DNA of 63,995 nt, counting the filler, from Octopus bimaculoides (Eukaryota), in assembly GCF_001194135.2 (NCBI RefSeq). It is 4 parts of 4 records of this genome, joined end to end, with 100 filler letters (N's around TTAATTAATTAA, not from the genome) between each part and the next. Parts side by side here need not be neighbours in the genome. Positions count along the whole stretch, not along the records: positions 1 to 28,772 come from NC_068988.1; positions 28,873 to 58,242 come from NC_068985.1; 2 more parts are not named here. One strand, given 5' to 3'. A program made the position numbers and the translations under genes. This document shows positions 24,115-37,080 of this stretch, one piece after another; position 1 is the stretch's first letter, and the number at the start of each line of letters is the position of its first letter. Under the pieces are notes generated by a model, which was not told where the DNA came from, searched no databases, and was given only the letters and a program-made list of their open reading frames with translations.

Positions 24115-24360
24115 TGAAGCCACATAGCTTAGTGCTGCACTCACAATCATTAGATTGAGGGTTCATTTCCCACACTTAGCAGTATGTTGTGTTCTTGAGC
24201 AAAACACTTCATTTCATGTTGCTCCAGTTCACTAGGAGGAATATTGAGCTGCTCACCTTACCAGTGGGGTGGCATCATTCAAAAGCAAAAATTGATGCAA
24301 AGCACATTGTGACCAGTAATGTATAACAATATCCAATAGGCTGGTCGATCATGTGATCAC
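24115..24360 (+). mobile_element. tRNA-derived SINE family 3, decayed
   Basis: CACATAGCTTAGTG...GGGTTCATTTCCC...GTGTTCTTGAGCAAAACACTT; similar to 50490-50790. Confidence 0.5.
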
Positions 24361-24396
24361 ATGATATACATATACATACATATAAACATATATATA

Positions 24397-25710
24397 CAAG
24401 GGTTGGACAAAATAATGGAAACACCTTAAAATTTCAAACAAATTTATTTTAATATAGGGTAGAACCGCCTTTGGCAGTAATTACAGCTTGAATTCTACAT
24501 CGTATGGACTCGTACAAAGTGTGAATTGTTTCCAAAGGAATTTTTGTCCATTCTTCAGCTAAAACAGTCTCCAGTTCTTGTAGCGATGATGGTGGAGGAT
24601 ATCAACACCTTACTTGTTTTTCTAAAATGCACCATAAATATTCAATAATATTGAGATCTGGGGACTGTGGTGGCCAGATAAGATGTTCAACTTCACTAGA
24701 ATGTTCCTCGTGCCATTCAGTAACAACTTTAGCTGTGTGAATTGGTGCATTATCATCCTGAAAGATTGTATATCCCTCTGGAAACAGTTCTGCAACCATA
24801 GGATGAATTTGATCAGATAAAATGCTTACATAGTTTTGACTATTAATTCTGCCATGAAGGGAAACTATTGTGCCTGCAGATTTCCAAGATATAACCCCCC
24901 ACCACCACCACCACCAGATCATCACAGATCCTCCTCCATGTTTAACAGTTAGAAGAAGGCAGTCTGGGTCAAATGCTTCTTTTGGCTGTCTCCACATGTA
25001 TACTTGGCCGGTGGTTGGAAATAAGGTAAAGGATGACTCGTCTGAGAAAATAACATTCTTTCACAGCTCTTGGGACCAATTCTGTAGGTTTTTACTCTAC
25101 TCTAAACAATTTGCAACGTTTTTTTTTTAAAGTAGTAGTTTTCTGATTGCAGCCCTCCCCTGAAATCTGGCTTTGTGCAGCTCCCGGGGAAGAGTTTTTA
25201 TGGAAACTGTGTTCTTGAGGTGGTCATTAAGCTCTGCAGTAATTCTGGGAACTGTACTTTTGTGATCCAGCTGTACGACAATTTGCGTGATCCAGCTCTA
25301 CAACAATTTGCGTAAGAGTCCGATAATCCCTATCTGAAAGTTTTGTTTTTGTTCCGGAGTTTTGTTTTGATGAGGAGGTTTTTCCATCTTTCTCAAAGGC
25401 TGTTATTACTTTTGAGACAGTACTTCTTGATCTGCCAAATATTTTGGCTGTTTTCATTATGCTAGCACCTGCCATATGAGCACCAACAATTTGATCTCTT
25501 TGAAAGTCCAATAGATCCGTCATTTAAAAAAATTTTAATTACTTTTTTCTGATGATATCTGAAAAGAAATAGCAATTTTAGCAAAACATATTATGCAACA
25601 CTAATAATAAATCAAAAAACAAAAATAACCAAGCTTTTGACGGTTTTATAGATATTTCAAAATTCTGATACTATGATGCTAGGTGATTCCACTATTTTGT
25701 CAAAATCTTG
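24397..25710 (-). mobile_element. Tc1 transposon, full length, broken (copy 3)
   Basis: TIRs CAAGGGTTGGACAAAATAATGGAAACACC and a degenerate right copy; ORFs 25227-25523 and 24602-24997. Confidence 0.93.
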
Positions 25711-25785
25711 TATACACACACACACACACATATATAAATGTATATGTATATTAGCATCAAGTAAAGGTAATAAACNNNNNNNNNN

Positions 25786-25872
<87 letters not shown>

Positions 25873-25894
25873 TACACACATACATACACACACA

Positions 25895-26788
25895 CAAGGT
25901 CTGATCAATAAGTATCTTGACTGTTGCCATAGTAGTGAAGCAAAAGCACACAGAGAGAAACCACTTAGCAAAGATTGACCTTGAACTCTGCTGTGCATGA
26001 ACACTAAGTTTTAGCATTCTAGTTCACTTCTGCTGTTTACAGAAGTGCTTGGAAGGAACGTATGTAGCGTGTGATCATTGCATTGACAATGAAAGAGAAA
26101 GTTGTCATGGTGATACCTGCTCAGAGGCCAATGCAAAGTTGCAGAAAGTGTATGGAGAGGAGTGTATGAGCTGCACACAAGTGTATGAGTGGTTCAGATG
26201 TTTCCAAGATGGTCGAAAAAATGTTGATATTGATGAACGTTCTGGGAGACCTGCAATCAGCAGAACTGAGTGAAAACATCGCAGATGTGCATGCAGCTGT
26301 GAGGGGAAATAGTCTAATCACCATCCGTGAGTTATCAGAGGATATGCAGTTAGTTACGGTTCAGTTCAGTCCATTATCACTGAAGATTTGGGTATGAGAC
26401 ATGTGTCTGCCAAGTTTGTACCAAAACTGCTTTCCGCTGACCAAAAAGACACTCAGGTTTCAGTCGTACAAGATCTCTTTGAGTGTGTCGAGAATGATGA
26501 AAACTTTTTGAAAACTTTATGTAGGCCTCTGAGCAGGTATCACCAAACTTTTGCCAAAATTTGGTGCAGCTTCTCCGCTCAGCTTTCTCTGTCATGGTCA
26601 ATGCAATGATCACACACTACACACGTTCCTTCCAAGCACTGCTGTAAACAACAGAAGTGAGCTAGAATGTTAAAACTTAGTGCACATGCACAGCAGAGTT
26701 CAAGGTCAATCTGTGCCAAGCAGCTTCAGACTGTGTGCTTTAGCTTTGTTACTATGGCAACAGTCTGGATACTTATTGATCAGACATG
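25895..26788 (+). mobile_element. mariner-derived MITE made of two inverted 5' ends
   Basis: Arms 25895-26140 and 26513-26788 are reverse complements; interior VYEWFRCFQDG...ERSGRP...VSAKFVPKLLS. Confidence 0.85.
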
Positions 26789-26800
26789 TATGTATATGTA

Positions 26801-28026
26801 CAGGGTACATAAGGTATTTGAGGCCATACATTTTTTGTGAACTCTGTATAACCTTTGTTTCAGAAAATAATAATGGCAGACCCTCAGCTTATTCAAGAAA
26901 TGAAGAGGCATGCTGTTATTGTGGTTATAAAGGCTGACATAACGATTTAGAAATATCTTGATTTTTAAAAGTTGCCAAATCTTTCATCTACAAAATTTGT
27001 AAGGAGCTAGAGACTGAAGATGGAAGTGTATCACCAGTATCAAAGCATTAAAAGCATTCTAAATGCTCTGAAATCATCAGAACACCTGAATTTATTGAGT
27101 AAGTTTAACGGACCATTGATTACAATCCCAGAAAGTCCATGAAGTCAATTGCAAAGGATCTCCATGTATCAGAAGGAACAGTCAGAAATGTTGTCCACGA
27201 AGACATCAGATATAAGTCTTATATTATGAGGAAAGGTCAATTTGTCAGAAAAAGCAAAAGGAAATCACTACATAAGATCTAAATGGCCCTTAAACAAACT
27301 GAAAAAATCCAGTAGAAGAAGATTTGATTTGGTTTTTCTCAAACAAGAAAAACTTCGACCAAGATCAAAAGGTTAACAGAAGAAATGACAGATGGTTATG
27401 TGCAAACCCTTCTGAAGTTCTAAGTGTTATGCATACAAAATTTCCTGCAACTGTCATAGTTTTTAGGGGTTGTCAGCAATGAAAGACATGTAATGCCTCC
27501 TTACTTCTTTCCATAAGGCCTTAGAGTTAACTCTACCACCTAACATTGAGGACCTGGAAATAATTGTTAAGCCCTGGAAGGCCATATGTATTTCAGAAAG
27601 ACTCTGCACTGTCACACATGGCTCTAGTAAAACAGGAATGGCTGGCTGAAAATTTTCATGGTCACATAACCCCTAACATTTGGCCTCCTAATTCCCCAGA
27701 TCTGAATCCATTGGACTATTACATGTGGTGCGTTGTTGAGAGAGAGGTCAATGAACACACCCATAACACCAAAGATTCTTTGAAAGCTGCCATAGTCAGA
27801 GTAATGTCCAAAATGAACCAGGACCACTTGATTCGAGCATGTAGATGATTTAGATCTCATATAGAAGCAGTTGTTGGAGCTGAAGGTGGCTTTATTGAAT
27901 AACATTATAGAAAAGAAGGTTGTTTTTATCCTCATAGCAGTTTTTGATAAATAAAGTTATTATCTGTTATTATATATATCTGTTTTTATAAACATAAATC
28001 TGTCCTCAAATATCTTATGCACCCTG
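26801..28026 (+). mobile_element. maT/DD37D-like Tc1/mariner transposon, full length, decayed
   Basis: TIR CAGGGTACATAAGGTATTTGAGG / CCTCAAATATCTTATGCACCCTG, TA flanks; NPRKSMKSIAKDLHVS, YVFQKDSA, WPPNSPDLNPLDYYMW. Confidence 0.9.
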
Positions 28027-28049
28027 TACATATGTATATGGATTTATAT

Positions 28050-28340
28050 ATGTGTTGGGCCTCACAGAGGCAATGACCAAGACCTTTTCTATTATGTTGT
28101 GCTTGAGAAGAAGACCCATCAAGCCAAGCAAAATGTCATGGTAGATACCTGTGTCATGCAAATGGCACCCATGCTGGTGGCACATAAAAGTTCCTAACAC
28201 ACACTTGGAGTGGTTGGCATTAGGAAGGGCATCCAGCCATAGAAAACCATGCCAAGTCAGACTGGAGCCTTTCAGCTTACCAACCCTGGTCAAACCGTCC
28301 AACCCATGCCAGCATAGACAATGGACGTTAAATGATGATG
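28050..28340 (+). mobile_element. RTE ORF end plus 3' UTR
   Basis: LGLTEAMT...YVVLEKKT followed by the common UTR and (GAT)n. Confidence 0.75.
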
Positions 28341-28430
28341 ATGAGGATGATGTATATATATATATGTATACGCATATGTATATATGTATATGTATATATG
28401 TATATGTATATATATGTATACATACATATA

Positions 28431-29106
28431 CATCATCATCATCATCATCATCATCGTTTAACGTCTGCTTTCCATGCTAGCATGGGTTGGACGATTTGAC
28501 TGAGGACTGGTGAAACCGGATGGCAACACCAGGCTCCAATCTAATTTGGCAGAGTTTCTACAGCTGGATGCCCTTCCTAACGCCAACCACTCAAAGAGTG
28601 TAGTGGGTGCTTTTACGTATCACCCGCATGAAAACGGCCACGCTCGAAATGGTGTCTTTTATGTGCCACCCGCACAAGCCAGTCCAGGGGCACTGGCAAC
28701 GATCTCGCTCGAAAATCCTACGGGAGCCAGTCAGGCGGTACTGGCAACGGCCACGCTCAAAATGGTGCATCTNNNNNNNNNNNNNNNNNNNNNNNNNNNN
28801 NNNNNNNNNNNNNNNNTTAATTAATTAANNNNNNNNNNNNNNNNNNNNNNNNNNNNNNNNNNNNNNNNNNNNGGCACATAAAAGACACCATTTCGAGCGT
28901 GGCCGTTTTCGTGCGGGTGACACGTAAAAGCACCCACTACACTCTCTGAGTGGTTGGCTTTAGGAAGGGCATCCAGCTGTAGAAACTCTGCCAAATTAGA
29001 CTGGAGCCTGGTGTTGCCATCCGGTTTCACCAGTCCTCAGTCAAATCGTCCAACCCATGCTAGCATGGAAAGCGGACGTTAAACGATGATGATGATGATG
29101 ATGATA
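28431..29106. repeat. Two young RTE 3' UTR copies, head-to-head across a linker gap
   Basis: 28455-28668 versus the reverse complement of 28873-29085: 6 mismatches in ~213 bp by manual count. Confidence 0.85.
28773..28872. other. Artificial assembly linker 44N-TTAATTAATTAA-44N
   Basis: Exact 100 bp structure; the 12-mer gives stops in all six frames. Confidence 0.95.
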
Positions 29107-29653
29107 TTCTTTTCTTTTTGTTTTGTTCAAATATCTTCTAAGACATGATCAACCACCGTATGCATAAACACAGTTACTTATTCATGCATTTGCACAGACA
29201 CACACACACATATGTATATATATATATATATACACACACAAGCATGTGCACACACACAAGCATGTGCACACACACATGCATACAGAGGAGAACATCAGAA
29301 CCAAAGAGAGTAGATTGATGACATCATAAAGATGATGGTGTCTATATTAAAAAGTATTGTTAAGGTTGTATATATAGGGAGAAACGTAGGGAGAAGGATA
29401 AAAGAAAAGAAACATATCTTATCATGGCATTTTATCTCGTTGATTTGGTGTGAAATCTTCAGAACTGATTGTAATACATTTTAAGAATTCTTGGAGAAAA
29501 TTGTTTTTCATTGTTTCTTTCTGTTTTCCTTTCCATTTTTTAAAAAAATTTCTTTTTTCTCTTACATTCTTTTACTTTGGTTTTCTTTATCTTGTTGTTA
29601 TGCGATTGTTTCTTGTACCAATATGTAATTTGCACTTCTTTTATTTCTCGTTA

Positions 29654-29710
<57 letters not shown>

Positions 29711-29914
29711 CTTTGATAATTATTTATTGTCAATACACCCAAATATTTCCCCCCATCTTTCTCTTTCTGCTCTTCCTATCTATATCTCTCTTCCTCTCTC
29801 CTTTCTCCACCTCCTCTTTCATCATCATCTCCATCATCTTCTTTTCCTTCTTCTTTTTCTTCTTCTCTTTCTTCTTCTTCTTCTCTTGCTTTACTTTGTC
29901 CTCGTCTTTCTTCT

Positions 29915-30390
29915 TTAGAATAAAGTACCAGTTGACTGGTTGATGTAATTGGCTAAACCCCTTCTCTTCAAAATTGCTGGCTTTGTGCCTAATTCAGAAA
30001 CCTTTATTATCATTATCATTCCACCGAAGTCAACTTTGCCTTTCATCCTTTTGGGTTGATTAAATAAGTACCAGTTACGCACTGGGGTCGATGTAATCGA
30101 CTTAATCCTCTCCCACAAGCTGCCCTTGGGGAAAAAATTTGAAATCATTATTATTATTATTATTATTATTAGGCAGTGAGCTTGAAGGGTCATTAGCATG
30201 CCTGGCAAAATGGTTTGCAGTATTTCATTCACCTTGATGTTCTGAGTTCAAATCCCACCGAGATCAGCTTTGCCTTTCATCCTTTTAGGGTCAATAAATT
30301 AAGTACCAGTTGAGCACTGGGGTCAATGTAATCAACTAATCCCCCTTCCCAAAATTTGAAGCCTTGTGCCTATACTAGAAAGAATTATTT
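29915..30390 (+). mobile_element. SINE family 2: three tandem copies (two partial, one full)
   Basis: Repeated CTTTGCCTTTCATCCTTTT.GGGT..AT.AA.TAAGTACCAGTT..GCACTGGGGTC.ATGTAATC; full copy has B box GAGTTCAAATCCC; (ATT)n tails. Confidence 0.75.
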
Positions 30391-31206
30391 ATTTATTTAC
30401 TTATTTATTTCTCCTATATTATCTCATTTTGTTTTACTTATTTTATATGTTTCTTTTTTTTTATTTTGTTTTGTTCATATCTTGTTGCTTCATTTGGTTT
30501 TTCACTCTGCTGGTTTCTTTTATTTCCTCCTATATTACTTTATATATTTCCTTACATTATTCCTTCCTTTAATTCTTTCTCTTATCCTCAACTTTTCCTC
30601 TTCCTCTTCCCTTCTTTTTTTTCTTCTTTCTTCCACCCCTACATCTCTTCATTACATTTCTGTACTCTTCTCTGTTTGTCACACTCTTTTCATTTTCATT
30701 TCCCTCTCTATTTCTTACTCTCTTTCGTTCCCTTTTCCTTATTTATTTTTCCTCCTTAAATCATGTTCCTTCTTTCACACACTTACTCTCTCCTGCCTCC
30801 CCACGACCCACACACCATCTTTAACTCCCTTAAAAATTTTTTCCTTTCTCTTCTATTATATTATGCTTACTTTATCATACTTATTATAAGTATTTTTTCC
30901 TATCCTCTTTATTGTTTAACTCCCTATTAGCCTTTTCCGTTATCCCCTTTCCTACACCCATCACTTCTCATTTCAGGTTCATGCTCCTCCACCACTCTAT
31001 TTTTCTTTACACTTGTTTGAGACTTTATCACTCCCATATTGAACCCCTACAACACCCTATCCTGCCCTACTCTTGTTAAATCCTCTTTACTCAGCCAGAA
31101 AATGGATTTGAATGTAACACTTTTATTTTACTTATTTTTACTCACACATTTATATATACTTACATAGACACACACATAAATATGTGTGCATATTTATTGA
31201 TCTATG

Positions 31207-31248
<42 letters not shown>

Positions 31249-31613
31249 TATATCCATACATACATGTGTGTAAGTATCAGTGTATGTATATAAATATATG
31301 TATAGTTATCTATCCATATATATATATATATATATATATNNNNNNNNNNNNNNNNNNNNNNNNNNNNNNNNNNNNNNNNNNNNNNNNNNNNNNNNNNNNN
31401 NNNNNNNNNNNNNNNNNNNNNNNNNNNNNNNNNNNNNNNNNNNNNNNNNNNNNNNNNNNNNNNNNNNNNNNNNNNNNNNNNNNNNNNNNNNNNNNNNNNN
31501 NNNNNNNNNNNNNNNNNNNNNNNNNNNNNNNNNNNNNNNNNNNNNNNNNNNNNNNNNNNNNNNNNNNNNNNNNNNNNNNNNNNNNNNNNNNNNNNNNNNN
31601 NNNNNNNNNNNNN

Positions 31614-31689
<76 letters not shown>

Positions 31690-32530
31690 TGCATGCTCAT
31701 GTATATAAATATAAATTTTTTATATATATATATAGATATATATATATATATATATATACACGCACACACAAACACACATAGCTGTGTATGTGTATTTGGT
31801 TGTGTAACTGTATAAGTTTTTTTTTATCTCTGCTTTTAATCCTTCTTTAAGATATACATCTTCTACTCTATTTTTACTTCCTTTTATTTCCCTATTTTAT
31901 CACTCACTACATTGTTTGAGAAAAATTGATTTCACTCTGTTTTACATTTTTTTTTCTTTCCCTTTTATATATTATGGTACATTCATGTAAGCTAACATAC
32001 ATTGAAAAATAAATAAATATTTATGTATGTATACATGTATGTGTGTATGTATGTGCATATACATACACATACACTCAAATTAAAATCGTTTGTGTGTGTC
32101 CATATATGTACATATACAATTTCAAATACATACTTATATACATGTGTGTGTGTGTGTGTATTTCTGTCTAAATATGCTTGTGTTCATGCATACACACACA
32201 AGCAAGCAAGTACACATGTCAGTCAGCTGCTTATGGAGCTATCTATGTGCATATGTAAATTACATCTCTTGTGTTTTGTGGGGAGGGAGAGTAGCACTAA
32301 ATGGTTTAATCAATCTGATTTATAATAGTAAGCCATAACCCCCGACTCATTTTTGTTTATTTTTTTATTTATATATTTGTGTGTTTTTTTTATATGCATA
32401 CACTTGCACACATTATTTTATATACGTAAGTTTGAGTATATTTAAATATGTGTGTACATATGTATGCTCGTATGTAATCATATATATGTGGGTGTGTATA
32501 TTTATATATACATGTATATATAGATATGTT

Positions 32531-32606
<76 letters not shown>

Positions 32607-32630
32607 TATATAGGTGTGTGTATGTGGAGG

Positions 32631-32662
<32 letters not shown>

Positions 32663-33432
32663 GATATATATAGGTGTGTGTGTGTATATATATATATGTG
32701 TGTGCATGTGCTTATGTGTATATATACATTCTTTTATTATCCATGGCTTATATTTATATACTCATTTTTCTCTTATTATATATTGAGTTTCTCCCCCTCT
32801 GCACCTCCACCACCTCATTGTGTTTCATATATCTTTTATTTTTGTTGCAAAATATTGAAATCAATAATATTTTGATAGGAACAATTAAGAGAAATACGAG
32901 TGAAAAAATATTTATTGGCAAAAGGCTTAAATTCTATGTGATGATATGGGCTTATTTAGATAAGAATATCTGCCAGTAGATAAAAATCTATAAGTAGTTA
33001 CTGTTGCCTATTTATTTATTAATATATTTATATTTTTATTTATGTATTAATTGTTTTTGTCTCTGTTTTTATTGTATCCAAAGTTCTCAGATTTTCTCAG
33101 AGAAAAGTATATGAAATCATTATTATTATTATTATTATTATTATGTTATTTTACTCACAAAAGCAAGTTTTGTTTTTTTACTTTAAAAAATTTTTTTTTG
33201 TAACTTTGAATGTTATTGATGTTACTGATGTTGCTATGGTTCTGCTGTTCCCTTCATGTCTTTTTTTTATGTTTTTATTTTCTTTAGCCTTATTTATTAG
33301 CTGGACTTTCTGTGCTTTTGATTTTTTTTTTTTTGTATTTTTTTACTTTTGTTTGTTGCCAGTGTTCTTTTAGAGTTGAATATATTTAACCCCAAAAACA
33401 AAAGCAAAAGGAAAACCATCATGAATAACAGC

Positions 33433-33488
<56 letters not shown>

Positions 33489-34604
33489 TAATAAAAATGA
33501 TGGTGATCATTAGAGCTTATTGGTGAAAAAATATTGAAAATGTTTTTTTTTTTCCACAGCTGATACAGTTTTCTGTTCATTTTGGCAATGAGCTGAAAAG
33601 TTTTGGGTGCCTAATTAAAAAGGAGGGGAAAATGTATGTCTGTGTATATGTAAGAGGGTTGGTAGGAATGTTATGGGTGTTGATGAGAATACAGTTTAGG
33701 AATTATATATTTTATCTCCAACAACTTATTCCATTATGTGATTGTGTGTGGAAACAAGTAAAGAAAGAAACGTGCATGTAAATAAATAAACTTGGAAATA
33801 AATCTATGGTAAGACAAAAGAAGAATAGAACAAAAACAACAGAAAAAGGGTGCTGTGATGATTTTTAATAATGATAATGATTTTATATAATTAGGCATGA
33901 ACCCTTAAAGTTGAAAGATTAGTGATGAGGTATGAGGTGGTATGGGGTAGAGTAGAGGTGATGAAGGTGATGTGAAACTGTTAATGATGACGATGATGAT
34001 GATGGTAAAAATAACAGTAATAATAATAATAATATGATAATGTTATGATGATAATAGTTATGATAATGATGATGGTGATGAAGATGTTAATGAAATCAAA
34101 CAATTACATTGAAAAGCAAGTCACAAACGAAAATTATTATTTATCAAGGTAATTGATAAATTTTGAGTGAAATTTTTGTGTTTTGGAGTAGGTTTTAATT
34201 GTAATTTTGTTTTATTTTTTAACTTCTTAATTTCGAGACATATAATTAAATAGTTTAAAACAGAGAATGAACTTTGATAAGCAAAAACTATAATCTCAAA
34301 ACTATTTATTTCCATTTAAAAATTTTCTTTTAATTTCTTTTTAATATTTTCGTTACTGAATTCATTGATCTGCAATTAACAGGTTCTGTTCAAACCTGAT
34401 AGGTAAAGATTTATTGTTTTATTCTTCTTCTGTAGACTACTTATAGGGATAAACTGTATATTCGCTGGCATTTTTTGTTATTGATTTCATTCTTCTATTG
34501 TTTTTAGGGTTTGGATTGTGGTCATACTGGAGTATTAGCTTCGAGGATTATATAGTCAATTATAACAACACTTATTGGGCAGAATACTGCTTTAATCATG
34601 TAAT

Positions 34605-35055
34605 ATAACCCTCGACTTTTTCATTTTGGGGAATTTTCAGAAAATTCTTGCAAATTTGCATTCTTTACTGGAGAATTCATATGATTATGCAAACACCACA
34701 AAAATCTTTTGCGTATGATTTAAGGGCTATTTAGCTGCTATTTTTAGCACATCTCACGACCACCTCATCCCCTCCTTGTTTGTTTTCTTGTCAGACATAT
34801 TGATGTTTTTCAATATATTTCTCTCCATAAATTTATTTAATGGTCTATTGCAGGGATTTAAGCCAAAAATTTGGACTGTCCATATTTTAGATTGTGATTT
34901 TTTTAAAAAATCAAAGCATTTTTTTAATATTTTTCGAAAATATTTCAAAAAATGAGAATTATTTTTTTCATAGACATGTGAATTCTCATGTGTAGAATAC
35001 AAATTCACAAACATTTTCTGAAAATTTCCAAAAAATTAAAGAAAGTTATGAGGTC
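34605..35055. mobile_element. Old MITE-like element with ~80 bp imperfect TIRs
   Basis: GGAATTTTCAGAAAATTCTTGCAAATTTGCATTC...GAGAATTCATATG versus CATGTGAATTCTC...GAATACAAATTCACAAACATTTTCTGAAAATTTCC. Confidence 0.55.
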
Positions 35056-35445
35056 CTATGTGCCATGCATAAAGCAGAATTCCACCGCTTATTGTTTTAG
35101 TCTGAGTCCTTAATTTGTCTATTATTTATTGGACTAGCTGACCACATGCCATCAATAATGACAGTTAATTGTAATATTTTATATATAAATAAGGTACATA
35201 ATAATCACATATACAAACATTCACATACTTCCTTGTACACGCACACACATACACACATATACTCACACAGAGTTGAAACGTTAATTTTTTTTCACCCTTT
35301 CTTTCCTTATTCATCTATCACCCCTTCCTTTCTCTCATTGCTATTATTTTCTCTCACTCTCTCTCAGTCAGGGCTATTATTCTCACTACTTCTCCTTCAC
35401 TGAATTACTATTTTCTCTCCTCCTCCACGTCTGGCAGGATTCTGG

Positions 35446-35500
<55 letters not shown>

Positions 35501-35634
35501 AATATATAAAAACACTATGCTCATTATCATATTAGGTGATATTTAAGTTATGCTTTTTGATGCAACCCTAGTCCTACATAAACACAGAAGCATGCACATG
35601 CATACATGGCCTGTTTACCAAGTGTAGCTGTCAT

Positions 35635-35880
35635 CATTATCATCGTTTAATGTCTACTCCCCATGCTGGCATGGGTTGGACGATTTGACATGGAGCTGGA
35701 TAGCAGGGAGCTGTCCAGATTTCAGATGTCTGTTGTGACATGGTTTCTATGGCTGCATGCCATTCCTAACACCAACCAATTTAGCAGAGTGTGCCGGGTG
35801 TTTTTTATGTGCCACCAGCACAGGTGTGTTTATGCACCACTGGCACAAGAGCATTAACACAGCACCAGCACCTGTGCGTG
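35635..35880 (-). repeat. RTE 3' UTR copy
   Basis: CATCGTTTAATGTC...CCATGCTGGCATGGGTTGGACGATTTGAC. Confidence 0.65.
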
Positions 35881-36654
35881 GAAGACAGCAATACAAGCTT
35901 GTCTTCCCAGGTGTTGGTGCCAGGTGGTTATGAAATCCACATCACAACCATGTCATATTGGATTTGATCTCACTACACAGAACCATGTGTAAGAGCTTTC
36001 TGATATAGTCATGGTTTGACCAATACCTTTTTAAATTAGTTATAAGGTATCATTGTAAACTATTTTATTCTCAGTTTCTTTACTTTGATTTCATACTAGA
36101 ATGTAAAATTGTTAATTCCTCTACAGACTTTTATTCAACTTTAATTAGGTATTATAGGGGTTAAAAAAAGTCATTATTTCTTATTATTTTTTTTACCTGA
36201 ATATGAAGGACATTGCAAATGAGAGATGTCATATGTATCACCTGACCACTGAAATAAATTCACATTATCTGTATTTAATTAGCTATATTACTCTTTTACT
36301 CTTTCACTTGTTTCAGTCATTTGACTGTGGCCATGCTGGAGCACCACCTTTAGTCGAGCAGATTAACCCCAGGACTTATTCTTTGTAAGATGGTACTTAT
36401 TCTATCGGTCTCTTTTGCCAAACCACTAAGTGGGTGGGGGTGGGGCTGCAGTTTTATAGGGGCAGCACCACTTTTGAGTCTGCTGTAGGCAATATGTATC
36501 TTTTGTTGGGGCCCAGAGGTGGCAAACTGAAGGGCCACTCTGGGCAGCACACACTCTAGCTTCACTACTGGCAAGAAATATCACAGAACATCTACGATAT
36601 CTGAAATGAAGGTCTGGTGGTCATAACTGTATTGTCTTTGATCACAAGCTAAAA

Positions 36655-37080
36655 GTGTAGAATGGGCTAGCTGTGTAGCTAAGAAGCCAGCTTTGCAGCC
36701 TTGTGATTTCAAGTTCAGTTCCACTGTGTGGTATCCAGGGCAAGTGTCTTCTGTTATGCCAACCAATGTCTTGTGATCGAATTTGTGAAATGGCAACTGT
36801 ATGGAAACCTGCCATGTATATATGTGTGTTGGGGTATAGGATGGGAGGGGGTGTTGGTTGACATTGCCTGTGTTTGTTCCTCCATTGCTGCTTGAGAAGC
36901 AGTGTTGGTTTGTTTACATCCATGTAACAGTGGTCTGGTAAAAGAAAATAGTAGACTAAGTATCACACTTAGAAAATTAATTGCTTCTGTTGATTTGTTT
37001 GTCTAAAACCTTCAGGAGATGGTGCCCTAGCATGGCTGTAGTCCAGTGACTGAAACAAGTTAAACATAAAAGATAAAAGA
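36655..37080 (+). mobile_element. SINE family 1, diverged
   Basis: GCTGTGTAG head, GGGCAAGTGTCTT core, GGTGCCCTAGCATGGC...GACTGAAACAAG tail. Confidence 0.65.

Noticed and set aside
34383-34402. 20 nt AG/GT-bounded micro-exon as lipase exon 3
   Set aside because: VLFKPD has no lipase similarity; the nearby acceptor would need an implausibly short intron and does not yield GHSLG
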